Source: Camelus dromedarius
Lineage: Eukaryota
Direction: 5' to 3'
DNA length: 64,000 nucleotides
Assembly (NCBI RefSeq): GCF_036321535.1
Contig: NC_087472.1
Coordinates: forward strand, 99,388,001-99,452,000
A program made the translations under genes and the position numbers. This document shows positions 1-12,695 of the stretch, one piece after another (position 1 is the first letter of the stretch; every line of letters begins with the position of its first letter). The notes beneath the pieces were generated by a model, which saw only the letters and a program-made list of their open reading frames with translations, made no database searches and had not been told where the DNA came from.

Positions 1-69
1 TTTAGACTTCAGGATGTTAGAAGGCTTGACAAAGCAGGGGTCCGATCTTTGGCTTTCTTCGTTCCGCTT

Positions 70-336
70 GCCTTTTACACGTCAGGCACTGCCAGGAAGA
101 CATGCCTGGGCTAGTCTGTTGGAGACTGAGAGACAAGCAGGCCAAAGCCAGTTCGCCCCAGTTGTCCCAGCCAAGAACCAGGCAGACCCCAGACACAGGA
201 GCCAGCTCAGCCGAAGTCAGCAGAGTCACCTAGCCAGCCGTCCCAAGTGTGCGGGCGCTAAGCACCTGTCGTTGCCTGGCATTGAGGTTTTGAGACTTTT
301 TATGCAGCATGATTATGAAACTAGGTAATTGATATA
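70..336 (+). mobile_element. MaLR LTR 3' part (MLT1H/I/J-like)
   Basis: MLT1-type 3' end (tgaggttttgaga...tatgcagca...taattgatata). Confidence 0.6.
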
Positions 337-444
337 ATAGGCAGAAATTGGAAGAATGGGACACTCAAGCGTCTCCTGCAGAGACTCCATTAGAAAAACA
401 GCTTTGTGTGATAATAAGAACTATGACTTTAAATCAGGCTCCCC

Positions 445-645
445 TGGTGAAACACTTGGGAAACGCTGAGTAAATGCAGATAACAGGTTTCTTGATGTAG
501 GACTTCCCAGGGCCTTGGCTGTGAAATGGTACATTGTGAATCTCCAGCGGGAGGGAACGTTCAGAATGCAACATTTCTTGAACATTCAGTGAAGTATCTC
601 ATGGGACGACGCTGCCCCAGGATACATTTTGGGACATGCTGGTCT
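445..645. mobile_element. hAT-Charlie MITE fragment (MER103C-like)
   Basis: aacaggtttcttgatgtaggacttcccagggcctt...cattgtgaatctcc; a homologous copy lies at ~47746-48040. Confidence 0.6.
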
Positions 646-2572
646 CAGCACATCCTGTGCCATTTCGCTGCTAGCAGGAAAGTTGCCCTAGAGCAGGGGT
701 ATAGTCTTTTTTTTTTTCTTATTGCTGTATCTCCAGGGCCTAGAGTAGCGCTTGCCTTGTCCTCGGCTCTTAAGAGATATAGATGGAGGGAGGGAGAAAA
801 GTTGTGGTGTTTCTGACCCCTGCTCTTCCGGTCGTGCTGCGCCTCTGCCAACGATAAATGCCCTGGCTTTGTCTACCTGGTGAGCCCCAACTATGCTACA
901 AAGCTCAGGGTACAAGTCCTCATTTCCCTGAAGACTTCTCTGACCTCCTCAAGTAAAGCTGGGTGATTTCGCCCACCATTATAAATACCAAGGTAGCCCT
1001 GCTTTGTCCATCTCCCCCTCAGCGCTGGGAGCCGCGCTGCTGCCGCCATCTTTCCCACCACACCAGGCACAGAGTCCATCACACTGTGGGTGCCTAGTGG
1101 CTGTGCGCTGGGAAGAAGCAGGAGGAGAAGGAGGGCGGGCGGGAGGAACAGAGGGAGAGGAAGGGGTCAAAAATAATATTCAGGGATCATTTCCTAAGAG
1201 CAAACAGTTAGTGATAATAAGATTGGAAAGGTTTCCTGCGGGCAGGTGGTAGAGAGACATGAATATAAGTAAACGAGTTCAGTCTTTGTCCTGAAGTCAC
1301 GAGGAGCCACTGATTAATATTTTTAAAAAGATGGTAGCATCAGATAAGCTTTCTCTGGAAATTGTTTTTTTGCCAGCAGGTAAAACACTATTGTTCTGTG
1401 TAGTCCATGGTAACCTGAACATGGTTTAAGTCATTTCCTTAATAGAGAAAATAGTACGTAGCAAAAGAGGGAAAAAAATGTTTCTGCAGAAATCCCTCAA
1501 CCTTTGTAAATGAATACAGAGACCTCGGTTGAATGGAGATGCTGCACTCAACTGGGGCCTGGGGACCAGAAGTGGTCACCCATGAGACCGAGCCAGGTGT
1601 TTACACATTAAATATTAAATCACATCTGCCCTGCATTGAAACAGGGAGGCAGGCACGAGTCCCAGGATGAGTAGTGTACAGTCAGAGTGGAATTAAATAT
1701 TTTCTACCCTTTAAATTGTCAAGCAGATGCTGGCAGTCTCCTCATGGCTATCACGCCTGCCAAAGTTGAAGGAATGGCTTGGGTTGTTTTTTTCTCTGAA
1801 GGCTACCCAGATAGCATAGGTATCGTAAATGTTCTACAGTAAGTAGGAGAAAATCAGAAGGTAACAAGTGTGCCTGTTTTATACACTTGTAGTCCTAACT
1901 AATTCAGAGCTGGCCGGGAGCACTGAACAAGCTAAATCTTATTTGTACTGACATTTAATAAGAGGTGAAAATTCAATTCTGCTCAAATCTAAACAAGCCA
2001 AAAGAATTACAGAAGGGGGAGAATTGTCCAGAGATTTCCAGAAATGTAACAAACTGTGCATGTGTGTGTGCACGCGCACATGTGCACCTGCACGTGTTGG
2101 AGTAGGGAGGCAGGGAAGGGCAGAATATATAGGAAGAGACTGTGCTGTTTGGATATTCCAGAATGTCTGTGGCAGTTAATACATGGAGGCGTGACATTTA
2201 GGAACGTCCAGAAAGGAATGAGGTTAAGTAACAGATGTAATTAGCATTTACAAAAATAACCTATATAGACCCTGTAAACTTGTGGCTGAAATATTCGCGA
2301 ATACCCACATCCCAACAAAAAGATTCAAGAAGGATCTCGAGGAATATGACTGGAACTTTAAAAGGCTGATTAGATTATAGTCTGTTGTTTTTTGGTTTTT
2401 TTTTCCCTAAATTGTAATAGAGGGGGAAAAAAAAAAAAAAAACCTCAGATCAGAAGCTAGGGGAAAAAAAGAATCAGAAAGCTAGAATCAGTCAGTGTCT
2501 CTACAACCATCCAGGAGTACAGGGGCCCTGAACAGCCAAAATGGGCATCGACTCTACTCAGCAGAGCTCCCC

Positions 2573-3059
2573 TATGGTAAGCTGGGAAATGCCCCTCCCA
2601 CAAAGATATCCACAACCTAATCCCTGGAACCTGTGTGTGTTACTTTATGTGACAAAAACTGACTTTGCAGATGTGATTAATTTAATGGTCTTGAGATGGG
2701 GAGATTATCCTGGATTATCCAGGTGGACCCTAAATGCTGTTACTTGCATATTTAGAAGAGGGAAGCAGGGGGAGATTTGACACACACAGAGGAGAAGGCA
2801 ATTTGAAGGTGGAGGCAGAAATTAGAGTGATGTGGCCACAAGCCAAGGAGCACCAGGCAGCCACCAGAAGCTGGAAGAGGCAAGGAACAGAATCTCCCCT
2901 AGAACCTCCAGAGGGAGTGTGGCCTTTCCAGCACCTTGATTTTGGCCCAGGGATGGTGTTGAACTTCTGGCCTCCATAACTGTGAGAGAATAAATCTCTC
3001 TTGTTTTGAGCCACCCAGTTTGTGGTGATTTATTACAGTGGCCACAGGGAACTGATACA
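2573..3059 (+). mobile_element. Solo MaLR LTR (MLT1C-like)
   Basis: Full LTR with ctttgcagatgtgattaa, agaagctggaagaggcaagg, AATAAA and actgataca end; 5-bp TSD tcccc/acccc. Confidence 0.85.
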
Positions 3060-3599
3060 ACCCCTATCTCAGAATGAGTGCCTCCCACTACCCTCATGCA
3101 ATTCACCCTCAACTCCCTGCCCCGCTGGGCCTTCCCTCCCTACTGTCCCAACTCTGATTCCTTGCCCTCCAGTTAACTTTCTGGATAATAATTTGGCATT
3201 TTTTATATATCTATCAGAAGAGAAAGACAACACCAACCAGAGACACAGACTTTTTGGTCCACTCAGCAGTTGGATTTTCTATTCTGAATCCACTTTAGAT
3301 TTATGCATAAGCCTCTGTGAGACTGACTAGCAGAAGCCAACCCCCCAAAGTTGGTTAGCTTCAGTTATAATAACACAATCAATTTTCTGGACCTGCAGTG
3401 TTGAAGTCTTGGTGTACAGGTTCCTGATGATCTCACCAACCCACTGAATCCCAGCCGGAGTGGCCAGCAATATTTCCTCGATGACATCTCCATCTCCTCT
3501 GTCAAAATGTAGTAGTGGCCTGCATTTGTTGAACTCATTTCAGTGCAGCCTTTTCTCCAAAAGATATAAAAACATAATGAAACTAGGCCTTTGATGTAT

Positions 3600-4010
3600 T
3601 TGTCAAGACTCACTCCGTTGCTAGCGAAATAACCCCAACTCCAACTAGCTTAGATACACAAACCAAAAAGAAACTTATTTCCTCTCATAACTGAGAGTTT
3701 TGGAAGAAAAGCATCAGCTTCAGGCATAGCTAGATCCAGGAGTTCAGTAACATAACCAGGAATGTGTCCATTTCTATCTACCTCTCAGTTCTGTCTCCCT
3801 CTCACTGACTTTCAGTCTCTCATAAGCTTTCCTTTCTGAGTGGCAGATATAGCCATTAGAAGTTCAAGACTCACATACCCTTACATCTAGCAATCATAGC
3901 AAAGAGATTGCCTCTTTACTATTTGCAAATTAGTAAAAATTCCCAGGGAATCTTCAATTGGTCCTTCTAGGATTATACATCCTTCTTCAAACCAATCACT
4001 GTTGCCAAGA
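3600..4010 (-). mobile_element. MaLR LTR (MLT1K-like)
   Basis: ccaactagcttag...gcttcaggcatagctagatccagg...aaccaatcactgttgccaag. Confidence 0.65.
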
Positions 4011-4199
4011 AGCTGTGTTTTAAATTGTCAACGTGACGATTTATTTTTAAAGTGTTTCAGTATGAACAATGTGAAATATGTGTATAAATCAAGTCTAATC
4101 TCCACCCTAGGGTTGGTTAGCATTTGAAATCCTCTAATCAGGCATCAACACCCCAGGAGTGATTAACTAGCTAGAAGAACTCTAATCAGGAATTAGCAC

Positions 4200-4732
4200 C
4201 TTTCCAAGGTCCCAGCAGGAAAAAGAACCCACTCAAATTAGGATAATTCAAGGAGGATTTAATTTAAGTATGATTTACAAAGGTGTGGATGGAGTGGAGG
4301 GAAATCTCAAAGGATGGTAGGGTACTTAGGAGCTAGTAACAACAAGGCTGTTACTACCCGAGGCCCTGAGGGATGAGAGAAAGGAGCAGTTACTATCAGG
4401 AAGGAGGCAGTCATGTAGAGAGGGTGTCACTTTGTCAGGAGCTGTGACCTTCAAGATGGGTCACAACCAGCTTAAGGAAGCCCTGCAGGGATAGAGCTGG
4501 GGAAATAGACACATGACTTTCACCAACTGCTAACCACCAGAGTAGGGTATCTAACTCTCCTCCCTCTTCCCAGTCACCTGCTGGGCTCACCATTGGTCAA
4601 ACCCAACTGGAAGCCAGAGGGTATGGGAGCCCATTGACACAGTCCATACAGGCCAGCCTCCCGCGCCAAAGAGCAGAGAGAGAAAGGGTGGAAAGCACGA
4701 TCCGGACAGGCCAATAGAAAATATTCAGCAAA
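4200..4732 (-). mobile_element. ERVL LTR (LTR33-like)
   Basis: cattggtcaaacccaactggaagccagaggg...agcccattga...agtccata...aatattcagca. Confidence 0.7.
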
Positions 4733-5987
4733 AGGTGTGATGAGGTAGCACTCAAAAGCTAAACGTGGAATGCTTCCTAATTAACGTAAGGAATGTTAGA
4801 AAACATTCTAATATTCTGATACAATGAATAATATTCAAAGTTGTAAATGCTTAGGAAAGCTATAGAAGTCGTACCGCCCTTGCCTGAGAACCTGGCAAGA
4901 CCAGCAGTCTAAAGCCATGGGTAGTGCTCAGGGGTGGAACCCCACCGTCCTGCACTGTTCCCTTCAAGGAAAGCCCTGTCACCAGGCTCACTCACAGGGC
5001 TGACCTGTCCTAAAGTTAGCAGATTGTGGCATCTACAAAGGACTCTCATGCAAGTTGCTCTTTTAGATGTCTAGGAAAGAAGAATTTCCCTGAATTACAG
5101 AGCAGACAGAACAGTGTGTTTGGGGCTGCTTGCTAATAAAGCATGTACATTTTGTAGTATTTACTCTAAGACTTGCTTTCATTGTAGGATAATATCTGGA
5201 AGTCAAGTTAAGGGCAAAAGACACATGACTTTCACCAACTGCTAACCACCAGAGGCTCCCAGCATTGACCAGGAGAGCCCAGTACTTACTGAATGGCTAG
5301 GTTGAATCACGTGCCCAACCCTGTGGCAAGGAGGAGGGGTCATTTCCACAAAGTTCATCCAGAATGGATTTTCCATCAGCAAAATAAATTCTGCTACCAG
5401 AAGAAGGTTGGGGAGGGAAGGACAGTGGGTGAGACAGACAATAACTACACCTACCTCAGCTTACTACACTTTCCATTTACCAGTCATGGTTCCAAGCATT
5501 CCTGAGTCACCTCGAGTATCCATGACATTCATAATTTTTCATTTCACGAAGGCACAAAATTGCATTGCCCGTGCTACAAAGCCGGAGAGCAGGGAAAATG
5601 TTCCTAGCTAGTGACTGAGCCTAGCCGACCACCTGTCGACCACATCTCAGAATGGCTTCATTCCTCTCTCCTGCCTTTACACAAACGCTTTAATAAGAGG
5701 CATACTTTGTTCCTTAGGGAAAGCTTCCCTCGGGAGAGTGCAACTACTGATGTTGGTGCTGAAGTGAAGAAGTGACAGGATCTTTCATTAAAAACTAAAA
5801 ACATACTATATTCAAAAATCATCATAAGTCTGAAGGGGCTACTCAAATATTTTCATCTTACCCGACTGCATATTATGAGTGAGTTTAAATGCTGTAATGT
5901 CTTCAAGAAGAGTCTGGAACACACACCTTATGAAAGACATGGATTTAGCATATACAAGAAAAATATCTGCATAGCATTCATGAGCCC

Positions 5988-6368
5988 TTTTGGCTATCTA
6001 TTCTTACGTAACAAACTACTCCAAAACTCAGTGTCTCAAAGCAACAAGCATTGTAAGTTCCACAGTCTGGGCTGGACTCAGCTAGGCGCTTCTTCTGCTC
6101 ATCTTACCAGCAATCACTCATGTGCCTGCATTCAGCTGGCAGGTTGGTTGAGGGCTGGGCTCACTTGCGACACCAGGATGCTTGGATCTCCCTCTCTCTC
6201 CATGTAATCTCAAGGCCTCTCTCTCTGCACAGAGCCTCTCCACATGTTCTCTTAGGTTCAGAGAACTTCCTATATGGCAGGCAGACTTCCTCCATGGCAG
6301 CTCAAACCACAAATGCAGAAACTACCAGGTCTTCCTAAAGCTTAGGCGCTGAACACAATCTGTTAATT
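5988..6368 (-). mobile_element. MaLR LTR (MLT1G/H-like), left part, interrupted by L1
   Basis: gctatctattct...aacaaactactccaaaactcagtg...gcattcagctggc; resumes at 9486-9591 after the L1. Confidence 0.7.
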
Positions 6369-7606
6369 TTTTTTAATTGAAGTATAGTCAGTTACAGTGT
6401 GTCAATCTGTGGTGCACAGCACAATGTCCCACTTATACATATACATACATATTTTCATTTTCTTTTTTATTGAAGGTTATTATAAGATGTGGAATATAGT
6501 TCCCTGTGCTATACAGAAGAAATTTCATTTTTATCTATTTTTATATATAGTGATTATTATTTGCAAATCATGAACTCCCAAATTTATCCCTTCTCACCCT
6601 CTTTCCTCTGGTAACCTTAAGATTGTTTGCTATGTCTGCAAGTCTGTTTCTGTTTTGTAGATGAGTTCATTAGTGTCTTCTTTTTCCTTTTTTTAAATTC
6701 CACATATGAGTGATATCATATGGCATTTTTCTTTCTCTTTCTGGCTTACTTCACTTACAGTGACGATCTCCAGGTCCATCCATGTTGCTACAAATGGCAT
6801 TATTTTATTCTTTTTATGGCTGAGTAGTATTCCATTGTATAAATATACCACCTCTTCTTTATCCAGTCCTCTGTCAGTTGACATTTAGGTTGTTTCCATG
6901 TCTTGGCTATTGTAAATAGTGCTGCTCTGAACATTGGGGTGCATGTATCTTTTCAAATTTGAGTTCCCTCTAGATATATGCCCAGGTGTGGGATTGCTGG
7001 ATCATATGGTAAGTCTATTTTTAGTTTTTTGAGGAATCCCCATAATGTTTTCTGTTATGGCTGCACCAAACTGCATTCCTACCAGCAGTGTAGGAGGGTT
7101 CCCTTTTCTCCTCACCCTCTCCAGAATTTATTGTTTGTGGACTTTTGAATCGTGGCCATTCTGACTGGTGTGAGGTGATACTTCATTGTAGTTTTGATTT
7201 GCATTTCTCTGATAATTAGTGATACTGAGCATTTTTTCATGTGCCTATTGGCTATTTCTGTATCTTCATTGGAGAATTGCTTGTTTAGGTCCTCTGCCCA
7301 TTTTTGGATTGGGTTGTTTGTTTTTTTGTTATTAAGTTGTATGAGCTGTTTATATATTCTGGAAATTAAACCTTTGTCAGTCATGTCATTTGTAAATATT
7401 TTCTCCCATTCCGTAGGTTGTCATTCTGGTTTACTTATGGTTTCCTTTGCTGTGCAAAAGCTTGTAAATTCAATTAGGTCCTATTTGTTTATTTTTGTTT
7501 TTAATTTCTATTGCCTGGGTAAACTGCCCTAGGATAACATTGCTAAGATTTATGTCAGAGAATGTTTTGCCTATGTTTTCTTCTAGGAAGTTTATTGTCT
7601 TGTCTT

Positions 7607-8082
7607 TTTTTTTTTTTTTACATTTTTTTTATTGAGTTATAGTCATTTTACAATGTTGTGTCAATTTCCAGTGTAGAGCACAATTTTTCAGTTATACATG
7701 AACATACATATATTCATTGTTGCACTTTTTTTGCTGTGAGCTACCACAAGGTCTTGTATATATTTCCCTGTGCTATACAGTATAATCTTGTTTATCCATT
7801 CTGCATATGCCTGTCAATATCTACAAATTTCAAACTCCAAGTCTGTCCCTTCCCACCCCCCTCCCCCTTGGCAACCACAAGTTTGTATTATATGTCTATG
7901 AGTCTGTTTCTGTTTTATATTTATGTTCTTTTTTTTTTTTTTAAGGTTCCACATATGAGTGATCTCATATGGTATTTTTCTTTCTCTTTCTGGCTTACTT
8001 CACTTAGAATGACATTCTCTAGGGACATCCACGTTGCTGCAAAGGGCATTATGTTGTCGTTTTTATGGCTTAATAGTATTCC
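7607..8082 (-). mobile_element. Young L1 3' end (element B) inserted in host L1 ORF2
   Basis: Poly-T, lineage-type 3'UTR, TSD attgt(gt)cttgtctt at 7594-7606 and 8083-8097. Confidence 0.85.
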
Positions 8083-8112
8083 ATTGTGTCTTGTCTTATA
8101 TATATATATATA

Positions 8113-8450
8113 TTTTTTGAGAATATTTATTATGATTTTTTAAAATTGATGTATATTTGATTTAGAATTTTATGTTAGTTTCTGGTATACAGCAAAGGGA
8201 TTCAATTACATATATATATTCTTTTTCAAATCTTTTCCATTGCAGGTTATTACAAGATATTTAACATAGTTCCCTGTGCTATACAGTAGGCCTTTTTGTT
8301 AATATATTTTATTTATAGTAGTGTGTATATATCAATCCCCAGATTCCAGTTTATCCCTCCCCCCCACCCTTTTCCCCTTTGGTAACCATTGTATCTTTCT
8401 GTGTCTGTGAGTTTAATTCTAGTTTGTGAACAAGTGCATTTTTCTGATTT
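8113..8450 (-). mobile_element. Older artiodactyl-type L1 3'UTR fragment (element C)
   Basis: aattgatgtatatttgattta...gttccctgtgctatacagtagg...tttggtaaccat; preceded by (TA)n at 8098-8112. Confidence 0.8.
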
Positions 8451-8956
8451 TTTAATTTTTTTATTTTTTATTTTTTTAACATTTTTTATTGATTTATAAT
8501 CACTTTATAATGTTGTGTCATATTCCAGTGTTCAACACAATTTTTCAGTCATTCATGGACATATACACACTCATTGTCACATTTTTTTCTCTGTGAGTTA
8601 TCATAACATTTTGTGGATGTTTCCCTGTGCTATACAGTGTAATCTTGTTTATCTATTCTACAATTTTGAAATCCCAGTCTATCCCTTCCCACCCTCCACC
8701 CCCCTGGCAACCACAAGTCTGTATTCTCTGTGTATGAGTCTATTTCTGTCCTGTATTTATGCTTTGTTTTTGTTTGTTTGTTTGTTTGTTTGTTTTTGTT
8801 TTTGTTTTTGTTTTTTAGATTCCACATATGAGCGATCTCATATGGTATTTTTCTTTCTCTTTCTGGCTTACTTCACTTAGAATGACATTCTCCAGGGATA
8901 TCCACGTTGCTGCAAAGGGCGTTATGTTGTCGTTTTTTATGGCTTAATAGTATTCC
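8451..8956 (-). mobile_element. Young L1 3' end (element D) with internal (GTTT)n
   Basis: Poly-T and a 3'UTR related to B; ends at the same junction sequence as B. Confidence 0.85.
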
Positions 8957-9485
8957 ATTGTGTCTTGTCTTATATTTAAGTCTTTAAGAAACATTTTGAG
9001 TTTATTTTTGTATACATTGTGAGGGAGTGTTCTAACTTCATTGATTTGCATGCTGCTGTCCAGTTTTCCCAACACCGCTTACTGAAGATACTATCTTTTC
9101 TCCATTGTGTATTCTTGCCTCCTTTGTCAAAGATTAATTGACTGTAGGTCTGTGGGTTTATTTCTGGGCTCTCTATTCTGTTGCATTGATCTATATGTCT
9201 GATTTTGTGCCAATACCACACTGTTTTGATTACTGTAGCTCTGTAGTATTGTCTGAAGTCTGGGAGGGTTATTCCTCCAGCTTTGTTCTTTTTCTTCAAT
9301 ATTGCTTTGGCAATTCTGGGTCTTTTGTGATTTCATATGAATTTTAGGATTATTTGTTCTAATTCTTTGAAAAATGTCATGGGTAATTTGATAAGGATTG
9401 CGTTAAATCTGTAGATTGTCTTGGGCAATATGGCCTTTTTAACAATATTGATTCTTCCAGTCCAAGAGCACACACTCTGTTAATT

Positions 9486-9591
9486 AAAATGAGTCACAAA
9501 AGCAGTCCAGATTCAAGGGATAGGAATAACAGAAGGGCAGGAATGTGGGGAAACATGATTCACAGGGGCCATGGATGTAACAGATCACCAC
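9486..9591 (-). mobile_element. MaLR LTR right part (continuation of 5988-6368)
   Basis: gagtcacaaaagcagtccagattcaaggg...accac. Confidence 0.6.
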
Positions 9592-9654
9592 GGCTCGCCT
9601 GTACTACAGTCCTAGATGCTTTGCTGTGGTCTTTCCCTGAATAAGTCCAGATGC

Positions 9655-9765
9655 ATCCTCATTTTGTAGGTAATGAAAGTGATGCGTGTAGAGGTTAGAA
9701 AAATAACCCAAAGTTACACAGTTAGATTTGAATCCAAAGGCAGTGCTCAATCCACTAACCATAGG
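9655..9765 (-). mobile_element. MIR SINE fragment
   Basis: ctcattttgtagg...gaggttag...aagttacacag core. Confidence 0.55.
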
Positions 9766-12695
9766 ATGTCATACTAGCTTTGGAATATGCAATTAAGTTC
9801 AGTTCCTGGAAATGTATTCATTGGGTGTTTCCATCGGGTGTTTCCTGGTAGAATCGCAAAACAAAGACACCCTTTCATCTTCCATTCTCTCCGGTTTAGC
9901 CTCAACCCCAGTATTATCCTCCCCTACTCCAGGACTTCCAGCAACTCAGATTCCAGAGGTAATTCCTGTCTGCTTTTCTCCAGGCCCAAAATTAATCACT
10001 TACTATCACACACAAAACAGTACCCCCTGAACAGCCAGAGCTGAGCTCAAACACACCTAAACCTGAGCTTCCCCTGACCACCCCCAGCCCAATGTGAAGG
10101 CTCTCCGCCCTGCTCAAAGGTACTACTATGCTGCCACTCCCCACTTTGGGGCCCTTGTATCAGCTCTCAGCCAAGGTGATTTCATCAAGGAGGTCTTGAG
10201 GCTCTGGACTCTGGGCCATTGAGCTGAAGGTGATAAGCCTAGACTGGCAGTCTCAAAAGGAGGAGAGGGTACTGTAGGGTAGAGTCAGGGACCCATGGGT
10301 AGGGGTCCCAAGAGAGCCACCAGGAAAGGGCTTTATATTATTATTATTAGTTGATACTCCCAAAAACTTATGCAGAGACTTATTCTATCCACAAATAATT
10401 GTTAAAACATACATTGACATGAAAATTTGGCAGCTTTTCATAGCAGTCTGGTGTCAAGCAAGTGCGCTGAATATCCAATTTCATTTTGTGTTTTCCTCCT
10501 TGCACCGGACTCCAAGATAGTTTGGAGAAGGGACTGAACAAAGAGTGAGAAGGAGAAGAGAGGGCCCCTACTTGAGTCACTCCGGAGCCCACTGTTCCTC
10601 ACACTTCCAGTTCTCCCTTTGTTTAGTAATCCCCCTACTGCCCTAGAAGTTACTCTCCTCCTTATGACACCACCACACGCCCCAGGTTGATGCTACAGTT
10701 CAGGCTGATACAAGGACCCAAGGTGGGGAGTGGCATCCTCGGAGCCTCCACCTTGGGCCCTAGAGGGCTGATGAATGAGGGACAATGAAACCCCAAATGT
10801 CGGTATGTCTGACAACCCAGCCTCAGCTTTAAGTGGGTGCCATTTTGTGTGACTGGAGACAGTTGAAAGATGGGAGGAGACTGTCAGTCTTAATTCTCCA
10901 AGATGTATAATCTGCATCAGAGTGAGAAGAGAAAAGCACAAAAATTCATTCAACTCTGTAAATGTAATACTATTTCTATCCTTTAAGTGATCTGTTTACC
11001 TTTTAAGCTAAGTCACCACTCAACACAATAGCAATTATGTGCATATCATTAAAACGTGTCCTGTTGATATGGCTTCGAGTTGTATTTAATTATGACAATA
11101 ATCCATGAGACTTACTCTATGAGCAATATATGCAAATTAATCTTCTCACTTTATAATTATATCATGAATTTTCCATCTTTGCAATTTGCTGCATGTAAAG
11201 GACAGTCACAGCTGAAACAATTAAAGAAAATGTTAACTATTACTCAAATCATATATTGCTTTTTCTACATATAATTGTTTATAAAAATTCTATGATTTTC
11301 TATTTAAATAAGTCAATGATCCTTGGCTGTGGTTTCATGAAATGTCTGTTCTTTCAGACTTTGAATATGCAGTGTTTCTCATCAGTTGTGCTTAGTACAT
11401 CGAACATCTTGTATTTCCTAGGCCAGGGCCGTAAAAAGAAATCATAATAGAACATTCCACCTTCACCTTTCATCTATATGTAATTTTTTAACTTACCTGG
11501 GCTTTCTTGCTGGACCTTGGGGAGGCAATTTATGGGAACACGTTATCAAGGTGTTGGAGTTCCAGGTCCACAGTGATGATTTTTCTCTCAGTTCTTTTGG
11601 GCAGGAGATAAATCTTACAAGATGCTAAGGGCCAAAGGATGACAGGATTACTGGGTGAGATCTCCTTGATACGCGAGCGTACCGAAATTGGGACTAAGAT
11701 TGTGCAGGCAGATTTACCCTCCCACTTGCTTCTGGTAAGGCAGCTCCTGCAAACTGACCTGAGCAAATTGTTGAGTCACAAGTTTTAGGATGTTTTGGAT
11801 GGATTGGAGTAGCCTTCAGCAGTTAGAAGTAGGTGAGGGCAGCAGTTCTCTCCAACCATCTCACTGTTGGGTAATGTGTTATAATAAAAGCAAGTGTCAG
11901 ACCAAATTCTGACACTTATACATACACTCATAGCAAGGAGACACCTAGACAGCCATACAGTCTGTCCTGAAAGTTTAGTGAAGTCCCAGCTTGGTGACCC
12001 TTTGGCTCTTCCAATTGCACCTTGCTTGAAAGGTTCACGTGAGATACACGTATAATACTGGCACTGCTGAATTTACCAAAACTTCTAGCCAGAAGTAACC
12101 AAGTCCCGCCCCAGAATGGTGAAGCAAGGGACCAGTCTGGAATCCTAAGCCTTGAGTGCCATTCTAAGGGGCTGTGGACTGTCGGCTTCACCAGAGTCTT
12201 ATACCCCTATCATGCGAGGGTAGGACTTCCTAAACAGTATTTCTAGCTGATGCCCACTGCTTGAATACCGCTCATTTCATCAATGAGAAATTATTTCTAA
12301 CATCCATTAGGCTTATTAACAAAGCCTGTGATATTGATCTGAGATAAAGGTATTTGAAGGCTTGTAGTAGTTGCTCTGGGAATGTTGATTCCTGATTAGA
12401 GTCTTTCAAGGGACATTAATCCCTGGAATGAATATCCTCAATTAGAGGACTTTTAACATTAACAACTGCCCCTAGGGTATAGATTTAAATGAACATGCAC
12501 AAATATCTATCATACTATCTTTGCTGAAGTGTTTTGAAGTAAATTACACCACAGCAACCGTATGCTATGAGATATGATGTTGTTATGGCAATGATTATAA
12601 TAAAAGATGGATTTCAACATTTTTGTTTGTTTTACATGTATAAGCTTTTGTCAAAACGAATGCCTTTAAACTAGGCATAAAACATCACAATTTGC

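Larger units (their letters stand above)
6369..9469 (-). mobile_element. 5'-truncated L1 (ORF2 C-terminal part + 3'UTR) containing nested L1 3' ends at 7607-8956
   Basis: ORF2 peptides ([48 protein letters not shown]); poly-T at left; 16-bp TSD acacaatctgttaatt (6353-6368)/acacactctgttaatt (9470-9485). Confidence 0.92.

Noticed and set aside
2055..2097. Alternating purine-pyrimidine quasi-palindrome
   Set aside because: Short degenerate (TG)/(CA) microsatellite, common in mammals.
7658..8880. Plus-strand hydrophobic ORFs suggesting membrane proteins
   Set aside because: Antisense translations of T-rich L1 3'UTRs.
11491..11766. Minus-strand exon ending in a perfect CAG|GTAAGT donor at 11497
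   Set aside because: The associated ORF stops before the donor and the peptide is unrecognisable; one such 9-mer in a window this size is plausible by chance. A non-coding exon cannot be excluded.
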